Below, piece after piece: positions 35,633 through 47,752 of a stretch of DNA of 56,069 nt. The DNA lies in the NCBI GenBank assembly GCA_003141205.1, contig PLLD01000193.1:9483-65551 (forward strand), given 5' to 3'. Position numbers and translations under genes: made by a program. This stretch comes from Gemmatimonadota bacterium (GTDB taxonomy: Bacteria > Gemmatimonadota > Gemmatimonadetes > Gemmatimonadales > Gemmatimonadaceae). The first letter of the stretch is position 1; the number at the start of each line of letters is the position of its first letter. The notes beneath the pieces are model-generated. The model saw only the letters and a program-made list of their open reading frames with translations, was not told the DNA's origin and did not search any database.

Positions 35633-37387
35633 ATGCGCTCCGACACAATCAAACGCGGGTTCGAGCGGGCACCGCACCGGAGCCTGCTGCGCGCGACGGG
35701 TCAGATCCGGGACGCCAGCGACTTCGACAAGCCCTTTGTCGCCGTCTGCAACTCGTACGTCGACATCATCCCGGGACACGTCCACCTGCAGGAGTTCGGC
35801 CGCGTCGTCAAGGCGGCAGTCCGTGCGGCCGGCGGTATCCCGTTCGAGTTCAATACGATTGGCGTCGACGACGGAATCGTGATGGGACACGAAGGGATGC
35901 GGTATTCCCTCCCCTCGCGCGAGCTGATCGCCGATTCGGTCGAGACGATGGCGCGGGCGCACTGCTTCGATGCCATGATCTGCATTCCCAACTGCGACAA
36001 GATCGTCCCGGGGATGCTCATGGGGGCCGCGCGGGTCAACATCCCGACGATCTTCGTTTCGGGCGGTCCCATGGCGGCCGGGACCGACCGCTCGGGCAAG
36101 GCGATCGACCTGATCTCGGTCTTCGAAGGGGTGGGTCAGCGCGCGGCGGGCACGATCGACGATGCCCGGCTCGAGGAGCTCGAAACGCTCGGCTGTCCCA
36201 CCTGCGGCAGCTGCTCGGGGATGTTCACGGCGAATTCGATGAACTGTCTGTGCGAGGCGCTGGGCGTTGCGCTGCCGGGGAACGGGTCGATCCTGGCGAC
36301 CTCGCCCGACCGCCACGCGCTGGCGGCCGAGGCCGGGCGCCGGCTGATCGAGCTGTGCCGGACCGATGTCCGCTTCCTCGATCTCGTCACCGCCCACGCG
36401 ATCGATAACGCGATGGCCCTCGACATGGCGATGGGCGGCTCGACCAACACCGTCTTGCATGTCCTCGCGATCGCGATCGAAGCCGGGGTCGAATATCCCA
36501 TCAGCCGATTCAACGCCGTGGCGGAGCGCATCCCCCACCTGGCCAAGGTCTCCCCCGCCTGGGATGGGCCTCGGCAATGGCACATGCAGGACGTCCATGC
36601 CGCGGGGGGCGTGCCGGCGATCCTCAAGGAGCTGTCGACCGTTCCGGGTGCGCTGCACCTCGACGCCCCCACGGTCACCGGGAAGACGCTCGGTGAGAAC
36701 CTCACGAGCGTCGTGAACCGCAATCCCGCATGCATCCGGCCCGCCGCGCACCCCCATTCGGCGCGCGGGGCGCTGTGCATCCTGTTCGGCAGCGTCGCGC
36801 CCGACGGCGCCGTGATCAAGGTGGGCGCCGTCGACCAGCACGAGATGACCTTTCGCGGGCCCGCTCGCGTGTTCGAGTGCGAGGAGGACGCCCTCGACGG
36901 GGTGCGCGCCAATGCGATCCAGTCCGGCGATGTCGTGGTCGTCCGCAACGAGGGGCCGCGCGGCGGGCCGGGGATGCGCGAGATGCTGTCCCTGACGAGC
37001 ATGCTCAAGGGGATGCCGTTGGGCGACGAAGTCGCCCTCCTCACCGATGGCCGCTTCTCGGGCGGCACGCGAGGGCTCTGCATCGGACACATCTCGCCCG
37101 AAGCGGCCGAAGGAGGGCCGATCGGACTCGTGCGCGACGGGGACATCATCACGATCGACCTGGCCGCGCGGGCACTCGAGATCGAGGTTTCCGCAGCGGA
37201 GCTCGCGGACCGCCTCGCGCGCTGGCGGCCGCCCGAGCGCAAGTATCACCGTGGGTGGCTCGCCCGCTATACGGCGATGGTGACGAACGCGAGCCGGGGG
37301 GCGGTACTCGAGGTCCCGGGCGATGGGACGCCGCGCGCCGCGAACGGCGCCGGCCGCGGCGCCATGCTGACCGAGGCGATGGCGTGA
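35633..37387 (+). CDS. ilvD: Dihydroxy-acid dehydratase
   Basis: [56 protein letters not shown] upstream. Confidence 0.95.
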   Translation: MRSDTIKRGFERAPHRSLLRATGQIRDASDFDKPFVAVCNSYVDIIPGHVHLQEFGRVVKAAVRAAGGIPFEFNTIGVDDGIVMGHEGMRYSLPSRELIADSVETMARAHCFDAMICIPNCDKIVPGMLMGAARVNIPTIFVSGGPMAAGTDRSGKAIDLISVFEGVGQRAAGTIDDARLEELETLGCPTCGSCSGMFTANSMNCLCEALGVALPGNGSILATSPDRHALAAEAGRRLIELCRTDVRFLDLVTAHAIDNAMALDMAMGGSTNTVLHVLAIAIEAGVEYPISRFNAVAERIPHLAKVSPAWDGPRQWHMQDVHAAGGVPAILKELSTVPGALHLDAPTVTGKTLGENLTSVVNRNPACIRPAAHPHSARGALCILFGSVAPDGAVIKVGAVDQHEMTFRGPARVFECEEDALDGVRANAIQSGDVVVVRNEGPRGGPGMREMLSLTSMLKGMPLGDEVALLTDGRFSGGTRGLCIGHISPEAAEGGPIGLVRDGDIITIDLAARALEIEVSAAELADRLARWRPPERKYHRGWLARYTAMVTNASRGAVLEVPGDGTPRAANGAGRGAMLTEAMA

Positions 37388-39168
37388 GCGCACCCGCGCC
37401 GGACGCGCGCCGCACCGGGGCGCAGATCATGTGCGAAGCCCTGATCCGCGAGGGAGTGAACATCATCTTCGGGATCCCGGGAGGCGCCATCATGCCGTTC
37501 TACCACGCACTCCCGGAATACAAGGACCGCCTCCATCACGTTCTGTGTCGCCATGAGCAGGGAGCAGGGCACGCGGCGGAAGGGTACGCGCGCTCGACCG
37601 GGCGTGTGGGGGTCTGCGTCGCGACGAGCGGGCCGGGCGCCACGAACCTCGTGACGCCGATCGCCGATGCCTGGATGGACTCGACCCCCCTCGTTGCCAT
37701 CACCGGGCAGGTCTCCAGCCTCGTCCTCGGGCGGGACGCGTTCCAGGAAACCGACATCACCGGAATCTCCGTACCAATCACGAAGCACAACTATTTGGTA
37801 AAGCGGGTCGAGGAGATCCCCGCGGTCATGCACGAGGCATTTCATCTGGCGTCGACGGGACGGCCGGGCCCGGTCCTGGTGGACATCACGAAGGACGCGC
37901 AGCAAGCGCACACGATCCCCACGTGGGATGCGCCACTGTCGCTGCCCGGTTACAAGCCCACGCTCGAGGGGCACAAGCGGCAGGTCCGTGAGGCCGTCGC
38001 GGTGATGCTGTCCGCAGAGCGCCCCCTGATCCTGGCGGGAAACGGCGTGATTCAATCCGGCGCCAGCGCCGAGCTGCGCGAATGGGCGGAGCTCCTCGGC
38101 GTGCCGGTGATCACGACGCTGCACGGACTCGGCGGATTCCCCGAGGAGCACCCGCTGAGCCTGGGGATGCCCGGGATGCACGGCTGGGTGCACGTGAACC
38201 GTGCGATCCAGGAATGCGATGTCCTCTTCAACATCGGCGGTCGATTCGACGACCGCGTGACCGGGAAGGCGTCGTCCTTCGCCCCCCGGGCCCGCGTCAT
38301 CCACGTCGACATCGACCCGTCCGAGATCGGGAAGAACGTCGCGGTCGCGGTGCCGATCGTCGGCGATGCACGCCGCGTGCTCCGAGCCCTTCTCGACGAC
38401 CTCGCGCACCGGCCCGGGCCTGCGGTCGAGGCACGCCGCGCCGCGCGCGCGACGTGGCTCACGCATATCCGCGACATGCAGGATCGTTTTCAGGGGCGGC
38501 ACAAGGAGTTGAACCGGCCCGAGACCACATCGCTCATGCCGCATGATGTGTACGCGGCGCTCAACCGCGCGTTCATCGAGCACTCGGCCCGGGGCGAAGG
38601 ATACCGCGTCGTGTCCGACGTGGGGCAGCACCAGATGTGGGCCGCGCAGCTGCTCGATTGGCGGCGCCCGCGCACCCACATCACGAGCGGGGGTGCGGGC
38701 ACGATGGGGTTCGCGGTGCCCGCCGCGCTCGGTGTCGCGCTCGCACATCCGGACGAGACCGTCTGGGCGATCGTCGGCGATGGCGGCTTCCAGATGACGA
38801 ATCAGGAAATCGCGACGATGGTGCAGGAAAAGGTGCGCAACGTGAAGATCGCCATCGTGAACAACGGCTACCTCGGCATGGTGCGCCAATGGCAGGAGCT
38901 GTTCGAAGGGAAGCGGTACAGCGGGACGCCGCTCACCGGGCCCGACTTCGCGGCATTGGCGAAGGCCTACGGCGTGCGCGGTGTGACGGTGGAGCAGGTC
39001 GGGGACGTGGATCCCGCGATCGCGTCGGCGTGGGCGCACGACGGCGTGGTGCTGCTGGATTTCCGCGTCGAGCGCGAGGTCAACGTGTTCCCCATCGTGC
39101 CGCAGGGACAGAGCATCGGGCAGATGCTCGTCGCCGTGGGCGAGCACGCCGAGGGGGACGACACGTGA
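37384..39168 (+). CDS. ilvB: Acetolactate synthase large subunit (biosynthetic)
   Basis: The GTG forms a GTGA overlap with the ilvD stop. Motifs are [24 protein letters not shown] and the ThDP motif [23 protein letters not shown]. Confidence 0.92.
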   Translation: MSAPAPDARRTGAQIMCEALIREGVNIIFGIPGGAIMPFYHALPEYKDRLHHVLCRHEQGAGHAAEGYARSTGRVGVCVATSGPGATNLVTPIADAWMDSTPLVAITGQVSSLVLGRDAFQETDITGISVPITKHNYLVKRVEEIPAVMHEAFHLASTGRPGPVLVDITKDAQQAHTIPTWDAPLSLPGYKPTLEGHKRQVREAVAVMLSAERPLILAGNGVIQSGASAELREWAELLGVPVITTLHGLGGFPEEHPLSLGMPGMHGWVHVNRAIQECDVLFNIGGRFDDRVTGKASSFAPRARVIHVDIDPSEIGKNVAVAVPIVGDARRVLRALLDDLAHRPGPAVEARRAARATWLTHIRDMQDRFQGRHKELNRPETTSLMPHDVYAALNRAFIEHSARGEGYRVVSDVGQHQMWAAQLLDWRRPRTHITSGGAGTMGFAVPAALGVALAHPDETVWAIVGDGGFQMTNQEIATMVQEKVRNVKIAIVNNGYLGMVRQWQELFEGKRYSGTPLTGPDFAALAKAYGVRGVTVEQVGDVDPAIASAWAHDGVVLLDFRVEREVNVFPIVPQGQSIGQMLVAVGEHAEGDDT

Positions 39169-39758
39169 CGCATACGATCGTCGCCCTGGTCCAGGACCAT
39201 CCCGGCGTCCTGCACCGCGTCATCAGCCTCATCCGCCGTCGCGGATACAACATCGAGAGCCTGACCGTCGGCCACAGCGAGACGCCCGGTGTGAGCCGCA
39301 TGACTCTGGTCGTGGAAGCGGAGAACGTGGAGCAGGTGACGAAGCAACTCAACCGATTGATCGAGGTGCTCAAGGTGTTCGACGTGACGAATGACCCGAC
39401 CGTGGAGCGCGAGACCGTGCTCGTCAAAGTGCAGGCGCCGGCCTCGGCCCGGGCCGGACTGATCGCCCTGACGGAATCCGCCGGTGCGCGCGTCGCCGAT
39501 GTCGGATCCAATACGATGGTGCTCGAGGTCACGGACCTCCCGGAGAAGGTCGAGGCATTCATCGACCTGTGCCGCCCGCTCGGCATCAAGGAGATGATCC
39601 GGAGCGGCCGGATCGCGATGACGCGTGGATCGGGCGGCGGCGCGGGCGCCCGCGCGACCGGGACACCGGGTGGCGCCGCCGGCCGGGCGGCCCCCACCGG
39701 CCAGCCGGTGGATTCGAGTCCCCGGCCGTATCGCGCGCAAGCCGACGGCGACGAATAA
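39165..39758 (+). CDS. ilvN: Acetolactate synthase small (regulatory) subunit, with Gly/Ala/Pro-rich C-terminal tail
   Basis: The GTG forms a GTGA overlap with the ilvB stop. The ACT domain reads HTIVALVQDHPGVLHRVISLIRRRGYNIESLTV. Confidence 0.9.
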   Translation: MTHTIVALVQDHPGVLHRVISLIRRRGYNIESLTVGHSETPGVSRMTLVVEAENVEQVTKQLNRLIEVLKVFDVTNDPTVERETVLVKVQAPASARAGLIALTESAGARVADVGSNTMVLEVTDLPEKVEAFIDLCRPLGIKEMIRSGRIAMTRGSGGGAGARATGTPGGAAGRAAPTGQPVDSSPRPYRAQADGDE

Positions 39759-39802
39759 CTCTTTTTTTCTCTCTCCTTTCTCCTCTCTCCCTCCTCCTCT
39801 CT
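39759..39802. other. 44-nt uninterrupted polypyrimidine (C/T only) tract filling the ilvN-ilvC spacer
   Basis: Read directly. Every base from the ilvN stop to 1 nt before the ilvC ATG is C or T. There is no purine-rich SD. Confidence 0.97.
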
Positions 39803-39803
39803 A

Positions 39804-40825
39804 ATGGCTAGACTGTACTACGACGCAGATGCCGACCTCGGCCGGCTCGCCAAGCGCACGATCGCCATCATCGGCTTCGGCAGTCAGGGACACGCCCACG
39901 CCCTCAACTTGCGTGACAGCGGGCTCGACGTCCGGGTTGGACTGCACCCCGAGTCGAAGAGCCGCGCGAAGGCGGAGGCGGCGGGACTCGTCGTCCGATC
40001 GGTCGCGGATGCCGCGCGCGATGCCGACATGATCATGCTGCTGACGCCGGATACGGGACAGGCCGCGCTCTACAAGACGAGTATCGCGCCGCATTTGACG
40101 GCGGGGAAGACGCTGATGTTCGCACACGGCTTCAACATCCGGTACACGCAGATCGTCCCCCCCGCGACTGTGGATGTGAGCATGGTCGCGCCGAAATCGC
40201 CGGGGCACCGGGTGCGGGAGTTATACGCGCAGGGTGGCGGCACGCCGGCGCTGGTCGCCGTGGAGCAGGACGCGAGCGGTGGCGCGCTGGCCGACGCCCT
40301 GGCCTATGCCAAGGGGATCGGATGCACGCGGGCGGGCGTGCTGGAGACCACCTTCACCGAGGAGACCGAGACCGATCTCTTCGGGGAGCAGGCGGTGCTG
40401 TGCGGCGGGGTGTCCGCTCTCGTGAAGGCCGGCTTCGAGACGCTCGTGGCGGCCGGATATCAGCCCGAGGTCGCCTACTTCGAGTGCATGCACGAGCTCA
40501 AGCTCATCGTCGACCTCATGTATCAGGGCGGGCTCAACTACATGCGGTACTCCGTGTCGGACACGGCGGAGTACGGCGACTACATCGCCGGCCCGCAGAT
40601 CATTGGACCGGAGGCGCGGCTGGCCATGCAGAAGCTCCTGGCCGATGTCCGGAACGGGACCTTCGCAAACAATTGGATCGCCGAGAACGTGAATGGCCGG
40701 CCGGCGTTCAACGCGTACCGGCGGCAGGACGTCGAGCACCCGATCGAGCGGGTCGGTCGCGAGCTCCGGCGGATGATGCCCTTCGTGCAGCCCAAGGAAG
40801 TCGTTCCCGGAGCGGGAGGCGCCTA

Positions 40826-40826
<1 letters not shown>
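39804..40826 (+). CDS. ilvC: Ketol-acid reductoisomerase (class I)
   Basis: [33 protein letters not shown]..; 340 aa. Confidence 0.95.
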
Positions 40827-42055
<1,229 letters not shown>

Positions 42056-42114
42056 CGGACGCAGCCGGGCCGTTTTGGTTCCAACTGACCTAACCCGCGC
42101 GGAGGAGGCCTGTC

Positions 42115-43389
42115 ATGCCCGGACGCAATTTCCTGTTCGTTCCCGGTCCGACCAATGTCCCGGATCGCATCCTGTCGGCGATGCACCGGCCGATGGAGGA
42201 TCACCGCTCCTCCGTCTTTCCGGAGCTGACGCGCGGGATCCTGCGCGATCTCAAGGCCGTCTTCCGGACGGACCGCGGACAGGCATTCGTCTTTCCGGCC
42301 ACCGGAACGGGCATGTGGGAAACCGCCCTGGTGAACACGCTGTCGCCCGGCGACCGCGTCCTCGCCCCGCGCTTCGGACAATTCAGCCATCTCTTCATTG
42401 ATTGCGCGCAGCGGCTCGGTCTGAAGGTCGATGTGCTCGAGACGCCGTGGGGCGAAGGCGCGCCGCCCGATCGGATCCGCCAGGCCCTGGCCGCGGACAC
42501 CGCGCACGAGATCAAGGGCGTGCTCATCGTGCACAACGAGACGGCGACGGGCGTGACCAGCGACATCGCCGCCGTCCGCACGGCGATCGATGCCGCGAAG
42601 CATCCCGCCCTGCTGTACGTGGATGGCGTAAGCGCGATCGGCAGCTTGCCCTTCGAGATGGACGCCTGGGGTGTCGACGCTGCCATCACGGGCTCGCAGA
42701 AGGGGTTCATGCTGCCCGCGGGCCTCGGGATCATCGCCATGAGCGAGCGCGCGCTCGCTCGGCGCGAGACGGCGAAATGCGCCCGCGTCTTCTTCGATCT
42801 CGGCGACATGATCAAGGCGAATGCGACGGGCTACTTCCCGTACACGCCGTCGATCCCGCTGTTGTACGGGTTGCGCGCCTCGCTCGACATGCTGCTCGAG
42901 GAAGGTCTCGACGCTGTCTACGCGCGCCACCACCGGCTGGCGGAAGGGTGCCGGCGCGCCGTGGCGGCGTGGGGCCTTACGCTGTGTGCGAAGGAGCCCA
43001 AGTGGAACTCCGACACGGTGAGCGCGATCATGGTGCCCGCCGGGATCAACGGGGCGGATGTGATCGACGTCGCGTTTCGGCGATACAACATGGCGCTGGG
43101 CGCCGGCCTGAGCGAAGTCGCCGGCAAGCTGTTCCGCATCGGCCACCTGGGCGATCTCAACGAGCTGATGCTGCTGGGCGCTCTCGCCGGTGCCGAAATG
43201 GCGATGCGCGATGTCGGGATCCAGGTGACGCCCGGGTCGGGCGTCGGAGCCGCGGCGGAGTATTACCGCTCGACGGCTCCCGCGCTCGGCGCGAAGGGAA
43301 ATAGCGCGGTGTCGCCGGATGCGCAGTCCCGCGTGGCGGGCGCGCGACCCACCGGGGCGGACAAGGCCCGCGCCGCGGTCCCCGCGTGA
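42115..43389 (+). CDS. sga: Class V aminotransferase, serine-glyoxylate aminotransferase-like
   Basis: [23 protein letters not shown]...; PLP-Lys region [21 protein letters not shown] upstream. Function inferred partly from neighbours. Confidence 0.75.
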   Translation: MPGRNFLFVPGPTNVPDRILSAMHRPMEDHRSSVFPELTRGILRDLKAVFRTDRGQAFVFPATGTGMWETALVNTLSPGDRVLAPRFGQFSHLFIDCAQRLGLKVDVLETPWGEGAPPDRIRQALAADTAHEIKGVLIVHNETATGVTSDIAAVRTAIDAAKHPALLYVDGVSAIGSLPFEMDAWGVDAAITGSQKGFMLPAGLGIIAMSERALARRETAKCARVFFDLGDMIKANATGYFPYTPSIPLLYGLRASLDMLLEEGLDAVYARHHRLAEGCRRAVAAWGLTLCAKEPKWNSDTVSAIMVPAGINGADVIDVAFRRYNMALGAGLSEVAGKLFRIGHLGDLNELMLLGALAGAEMAMRDVGIQVTPGSGVGAAAEYYRSTAPALGAKGNSAVSPDAQSRVAGARPTGADKARAAVPA

Positions 43390-44369
43390 GTTTCACTCGG
43401 CACGAGCCCGCCCGCCCGCGCCTGCATCGCAGCGAGCTGGCGGTGCCGGCCTCGCGTCCGGAATTGTTCGCGAAGGCGGTGACGGGCGACGCGGACTACG
43501 TCTTCCTCGACCTCGAGGACGCCGTCGCGCCCGCCGAGAAGGAGGGGGCGCGCGCGCAGGCCATCCGCGGGCTGCGCGAGCACGATTGGCGCGCGCACGG
43601 CAAGACGATCTCGCTGCGCATCAACGGGCTCGACACTCCGTACATGTATCGCGATGTCGTCGATGTCATCGAGGCCGCGGGCGACCGCCTCGACACCGTG
43701 CTCATTCCCAAGGTCGGCACGACCTCGGATGTGTACATGGTCGATGCGCTGCTCACCCAGATCGAGGACGCGCGCGGATTCACGCGCCGCATCGGGCTCG
43801 AGGTGCTGATCGAAACGGCCCTCGGCATGGCGAACGTCGGGTCGATCGCGCAGTCGAGCCGCCGCCTCGAGGCGATGCACTTCGGTGTGGCGGATTATTC
43901 CGCGAGCGTGCGCGCGCGGACGACGAGCATCGGCGGCCTGAACCCGGATTATCCGGGCGACCAATGGCACTTCGCGATCTCCCGCATGGTCGTCGCGTGC
44001 CGGGCGTACGGGCTGCGTCCGATCGATGGGCCGTTCGGCGATTTCAAGGATCCGGACGGGTATGCGGATGCCTGTCGCCGGGGCCGCGCGCTCGGGGTGG
44101 AGGGAAAGTGGGCCATCCATCCCTCTCAGATCGCCGCCGCGAACCAGTGGTTCACGCCGGACGCCCCCGAGGTCGGCCGCGCGCGGCGCATCCTCTCCGC
44201 GATGGCCGAGGCGGCCGCGGCAGGGCGCGGGGCCGTGCAGCTGGACGGCAAGATGATCGACGCGGCATCGGCGCGGCAGGCGCAGACGATCGTCGCGCTG
44301 GCGGACGCGATCGAGGCACGGAGCACTTCCCAGACGCCGCGGCCGCAGATGGCTGCGGCGGCGGGATAG
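43386..44369 (+). CDS. mcl: HpcH/CitE-family lyase, L-malyl-CoA/beta-methylmalyl-CoA lyase-like
   Basis: GTG in a GTGA overlap with sga. Motifs are [30 protein letters not shown] and the WAIHPSQI region. Confidence 0.75.
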   Translation: MSFTRHEPARPRLHRSELAVPASRPELFAKAVTGDADYVFLDLEDAVAPAEKEGARAQAIRGLREHDWRAHGKTISLRINGLDTPYMYRDVVDVIEAAGDRLDTVLIPKVGTTSDVYMVDALLTQIEDARGFTRRIGLEVLIETALGMANVGSIAQSSRRLEAMHFGVADYSASVRARTTSIGGLNPDYPGDQWHFAISRMVVACRAYGLRPIDGPFGDFKDPDGYADACRRGRALGVEGKWAIHPSQIAAANQWFTPDAPEVGRARRILSAMAEAAAAGRGAVQLDGKMIDAASARQAQTIVALADAIEARSTSQTPRPQMAAAAG

Positions 44370-44377
44370 GAGAATCC

Positions 44378-45610
44378 ATGGACATTCACGAATATCAGGC
44401 GAAAGAGCTGCTCTCGAATTTCGGTGTCCCCGTGCCGCGCGGGAACGTCGCGTACACGCCGGACCAGGCGGTGTATTGCGCGCGCGAGATCGGCGGCAAC
44501 CGGTGGGTGCTCAAGGCGCAGATCCATTCGGGCGGGCGGGGACAGGCGGGCGGGGTCCGCGTCTGCGGGAGCGAGCACGAGGTGCACGCGGCGGCGAGTG
44601 AGCTCCTCGGGGCACGGCTGGTCACGAAACAGACCGGCCCGCAGGGCAAGCTCGTCCAGCGGCTGTACGTCGAGGCGGCGGTGCCGATCGCGAAGGAGCT
44701 CTACATCGGATTCGTGCTCGACCGCCGGTCGGAGCGCGTGTGCGTCGTCGCGACGCCCGAGGGAGGGATGGAGATCGAAGAGATCGCGGCGCAATCCCCG
44801 GAGAGTCTCCTGCGGGTCGTGATCGAGCCGGCCGTTGGGATGCAGGCGTTCCAGGCGCGGGAGCTCTGCTTCGGACTCGGCATCGAGGCCGCGCAGCTGC
44901 CGGACGCCACGCGCGCCGTTCTCGGCGCCTACCGCGCGTTTCGCGACCTCGACGCCACGATGGTCGAGATCAACCCGCTGGCCGTGACGGTCGATGGGCG
45001 CGTCCTCGCGCTCGACGCGAAGATGACCTTCGACGACAACGCGCTGTTCCGCCGCCCGACGGTGCGCGAGCTCCGGGACTATACCGAGGAGGACCCGCGC
45101 GAGGCGGAAGCCTCGAAGCACGGACTCAACTACGTCGGCCTCGACGGCGAGATCGGCTGCATCGTCAACGGCGCCGGACTCGCCATGGCGACGATGGACA
45201 TGATCAAGCTGGCGGGGGCCGAGCCCGCGAACTTCCTGGATGTCGGGGGCGGCGCCTCGCCGGAGCGCGTCGCGGCCGCGTTCCGCATCGTGCTGGGGGA
45301 CCCGCGCGTGAAGGTGGTGCTCGTCAACATCTTCGCCGGGATCAATCGCTGCGACTGGATCGCGCAGGGTGTCGTGCACGCCGCACGGGAGCAGCACATC
45401 AGCATCCCGATCGTCGCACGCCTCGCGGGCACCAATGTGGAGGAAGGGCGCCGCATTCTGCGGGAGAGCGGGCTCAGCATCATCACGGCGGATACGCTTG
45501 CGGACGCGGCGCAAAAGGCGGTGGATGCGTTGCATTCGGTGACGGGGGGACCGGCCCGCCTGAATGGCGCCGTCCCCGGTGCGCCGACGCTGGCGGGGGC
45601 CGCACGATGA
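44378..45610 (+). CDS. mtkA: ADP-forming acyl-CoA ligase beta subunit, malate-CoA ligase (malate thiokinase) MtkA-like / SucC paralogue
   Basis: The internal ATG of ORF 43319..45610 gives [20 protein letters not shown], an ATP-grasp N-terminus. Specificity is inferred from context. Confidence 0.7.
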   Translation: MDIHEYQAKELLSNFGVPVPRGNVAYTPDQAVYCAREIGGNRWVLKAQIHSGGRGQAGGVRVCGSEHEVHAAASELLGARLVTKQTGPQGKLVQRLYVEAAVPIAKELYIGFVLDRRSERVCVVATPEGGMEIEEIAAQSPESLLRVVIEPAVGMQAFQARELCFGLGIEAAQLPDATRAVLGAYRAFRDLDATMVEINPLAVTVDGRVLALDAKMTFDDNALFRRPTVRELRDYTEEDPREAEASKHGLNYVGLDGEIGCIVNGAGLAMATMDMIKLAGAEPANFLDVGGGASPERVAAAFRIVLGDPRVKVVLVNIFAGINRCDWIAQGVVHAAREQHISIPIVARLAGTNVEEGRRILRESGLSIITADTLADAAQKAVDALHSVTGGPARLNGAVPGAPTLAGAAR

Positions 45611-46518
45611 GCATCCTCATCGACGGCTCCACGCGCGTCATCCTCCAGGGTTTCACGGGGGACAAAGCGACGTTCCACGCGAAGGAGATGATCGCGTACG
45701 GGACGACGCTGGTCGGCGGGGTCACCCCCGGCAAGGGCGGCACGACCCACATCGGGCTCCCGGTCTTCAACACCGTCAAGGACGCGGTCCGCGAGACCGG
45801 CGCGACCGCCACGGGGATCCTCGTACCCGGCCCGTTCGCGGCCGACGCCATCATGGAGGCGGCCGACGCGGGGCTGCAGCTGATCGTCGCGATCACGGAC
45901 GGGATCCCGGCGCAGGACATGATGCGCGTCAAGCGTTACCTCAAGCGGTACCAGCGCGAGCGCCGCTCCACCCTCATCGGCCCGAACTGCGCCGGCGTGA
46001 TCAGTCCGGGCAAGGCGATGATCGGGATCATGCCGGGGCACATCTACAAGGAAGGGCGCGTGGGGATCGTCGGTCGCTCCGGCACGCTGGGATACGAGGC
46101 CGCGGCCCAGATGGCCGCGCTCGGGATCGGCGTGAGCACGAGCGTCGGGATCGGCGGCGATCCGATCAACGGCTCGTCGTTCCTCGATATCCTCGAGCGG
46201 TTCGAGCAGGACAGCGAGACGGACGCGGTGCTCATGATCGGCGAGATCGGAGGGCCGCAGGAAGCCGAGGCCGCGCAATGGGTCAGCCAGAACATGTCGA
46301 AGCCCGTCGTCGGGTACGTCGCGGGCCTCTCGGCCCCGACCGGCCGCCGCATGGGCCACGCGGGTGCCATCATTTCCGCGTTCGGCGACAGCGCCGCGGA
46401 GAAGGCGGAGATCATGCGAAGCTCGGGGCTCGCGGTGGCGCCCAGCCCCTCGGAGCTGGGCTCGACGATGGCGCAGGTCCTGGCGCGGACCGGACGGTCC
46501 ACGCCGGCGGTGGCCTGA
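45607..46518 (+). CDS. mtkB: Acyl-CoA ligase alpha subunit, malate-CoA ligase MtkB-like / SucD paralogue
   Basis: ATGA overlap with mtkA. Motifs include [28 protein letters not shown] and the phospho-His loop GHAGAI. From memory, [17 protein letters not shown] and [14 protein letters not shown] resemble methylotroph MtkB rather than SucD. Confidence 0.75.
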   Translation: MSILIDGSTRVILQGFTGDKATFHAKEMIAYGTTLVGGVTPGKGGTTHIGLPVFNTVKDAVRETGATATGILVPGPFAADAIMEAADAGLQLIVAITDGIPAQDMMRVKRYLKRYQRERRSTLIGPNCAGVISPGKAMIGIMPGHIYKEGRVGIVGRSGTLGYEAAAQMAALGIGVSTSVGIGGDPINGSSFLDILERFEQDSETDAVLMIGEIGGPQEAEAAQWVSQNMSKPVVGYVAGLSAPTGRRMGHAGAIISAFGDSAAEKAEIMRSSGLAVAPSPSELGSTMAQVLARTGRSTPAVA

Positions 46519-46520
46519 GC

Positions 46521-47492
46521 GTGGCCGTGCGACCACGCGTCGTGGTGACCCGCCGCGTGCCCGCGGCGGTCGAGGATCGCGCCACGGCGCTATTCGACGC
46601 GACCCTCAACCCGACGGACACGCCGTTCACCATGGGGCAGCTCCAGAACGCGATGCGCACGGCCGATGCCCTCCTCCCGACCGTGACCGATAAGATCACG
46701 GCCGAGGTGCTCGGGACGACGCCGCGGCGCGCGAAGATCGTCGCGAACTTCGGGGTGGGCTTCAACAACATCGACGTGGCCGCGGCCAAGCAGAATGGGA
46801 TCGTGGTCACGAATACGCCGGATGTGCTGACCGACGAGACCGCGGACACGGCGATCGCGCTGCTGCTCATGGTGGCACGCCGCCTGGGCGAAGGGGAGCG
46901 CGAGCTCCGCGCCGGGAAGTGGACCGGCTGGCGTCCAACGCATCATCTCGGGACCAAGGTGACGGGTAAGACGCTGGGCGTGATCGGGCTCGGACGGATC
47001 GGGCGTGCGGTGGCGAAGCGCGCGTCGGCGGGGTTTGGGATGCGGGTGGTGTACTACGATCCTCCGGTGTCGGCGGCGGATGGGAAGGCCGTCGGGGCCG
47101 AGCCGCGTGACTCGCTCGAGGCGGTATTGCGCGAGTCGGACTTCGTCTCGCTGCATGCACCGGCCCTGCCGGAGACCCGGCATCTCATGAACGCCGAGCG
47201 GCTGGCGCTGATGCAGCGCCACGCGTTCCTGATCAATACGGCCCGCGGCGACCTGGTCGATGAGGCGGCGCTGGTGCGTGCGCTGCAGGCGAAGACGATC
47301 GCGGGCGCGGGACTCGATGTGTTCGAGAAGGAGCCGGTGGTCACGCCCGAGCTGCTGGCCATGGAGAACGTGGTATTGCTGCCGCACCTCGGAAGCGCGT
47401 CGACGGAGACGCGAGTGGCGATGGGGATGCGCGCGCTGGACAACCTCGAGGCGTTCTTTTCCGAGAAGCCGCCGCGCGACCGCGTGGCGTAG
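46521..47492 (+). CDS. hprA: D-isomer-specific 2-hydroxyacid dehydrogenase, glyoxylate/hydroxypyruvate reductase-like
   Basis: GTG 2 nt after the mtkB stop. NAD motif GVIGLGRIGRAVAKR and catalytic region NTARGDLVDE..LPHLGSAS. Confidence 0.75.
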   Translation: MAVRPRVVVTRRVPAAVEDRATALFDATLNPTDTPFTMGQLQNAMRTADALLPTVTDKITAEVLGTTPRRAKIVANFGVGFNNIDVAAAKQNGIVVTNTPDVLTDETADTAIALLLMVARRLGEGERELRAGKWTGWRPTHHLGTKVTGKTLGVIGLGRIGRAVAKRASAGFGMRVVYYDPPVSAADGKAVGAEPRDSLEAVLRESDFVSLHAPALPETRHLMNAERLALMQRHAFLINTARGDLVDEAALVRALQAKTIAGAGLDVFEKEPVVTPELLAMENVVLLPHLGSASTETRVAMGMRALDNLEAFFSEKPPRDRVA

Positions 47493-47740
47493 GAGGCAAC
47501 GGGGCCGCCATGATCCCTGCCAGCGTGCATGGGCAAAGCTGCTAAGTCAGCGGCTTTCCATGTCTAGAGCGTCATGACATCGCACTGCGCCAACTGCTTC
47601 TCGATTGGCTGATCAAGCTGCAACATGTATACGGTCACCCAGAGTTCGAGTGGTCGCGCGCCGACTTTTAAGTGGCTGCGAAGTTGTCGTATCTCACCCT
47701 ACGGAGGGTGATGATCTTACAACGACGCGCCGGCCCGCTG

Positions 47741-47746
47741 TAGATT
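47741..47746 (+). promoter_or_regulatory. -10-like TAGATT box 6 nt upstream of the MNT ATG
   Basis: TAGATT-gttggc-ATG, preceded by a nested inverted repeat at 47686-47726. Confidence 0.35.
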
Positions 47747-47752
47747 GTTGGC

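Noticed and set aside
44378-46518. Calling this pair ordinary succinyl-CoA synthetase (sucCD).
   Set aside because: Direct linkage to malyl-CoA-lyase-like and serine-glyoxylate-aminotransferase-like genes favours malate thiokinase. Alpha-subunit segments that I recall as MtkB-like point the same way. Confidence is kept moderate because only a phylogeny can decide.
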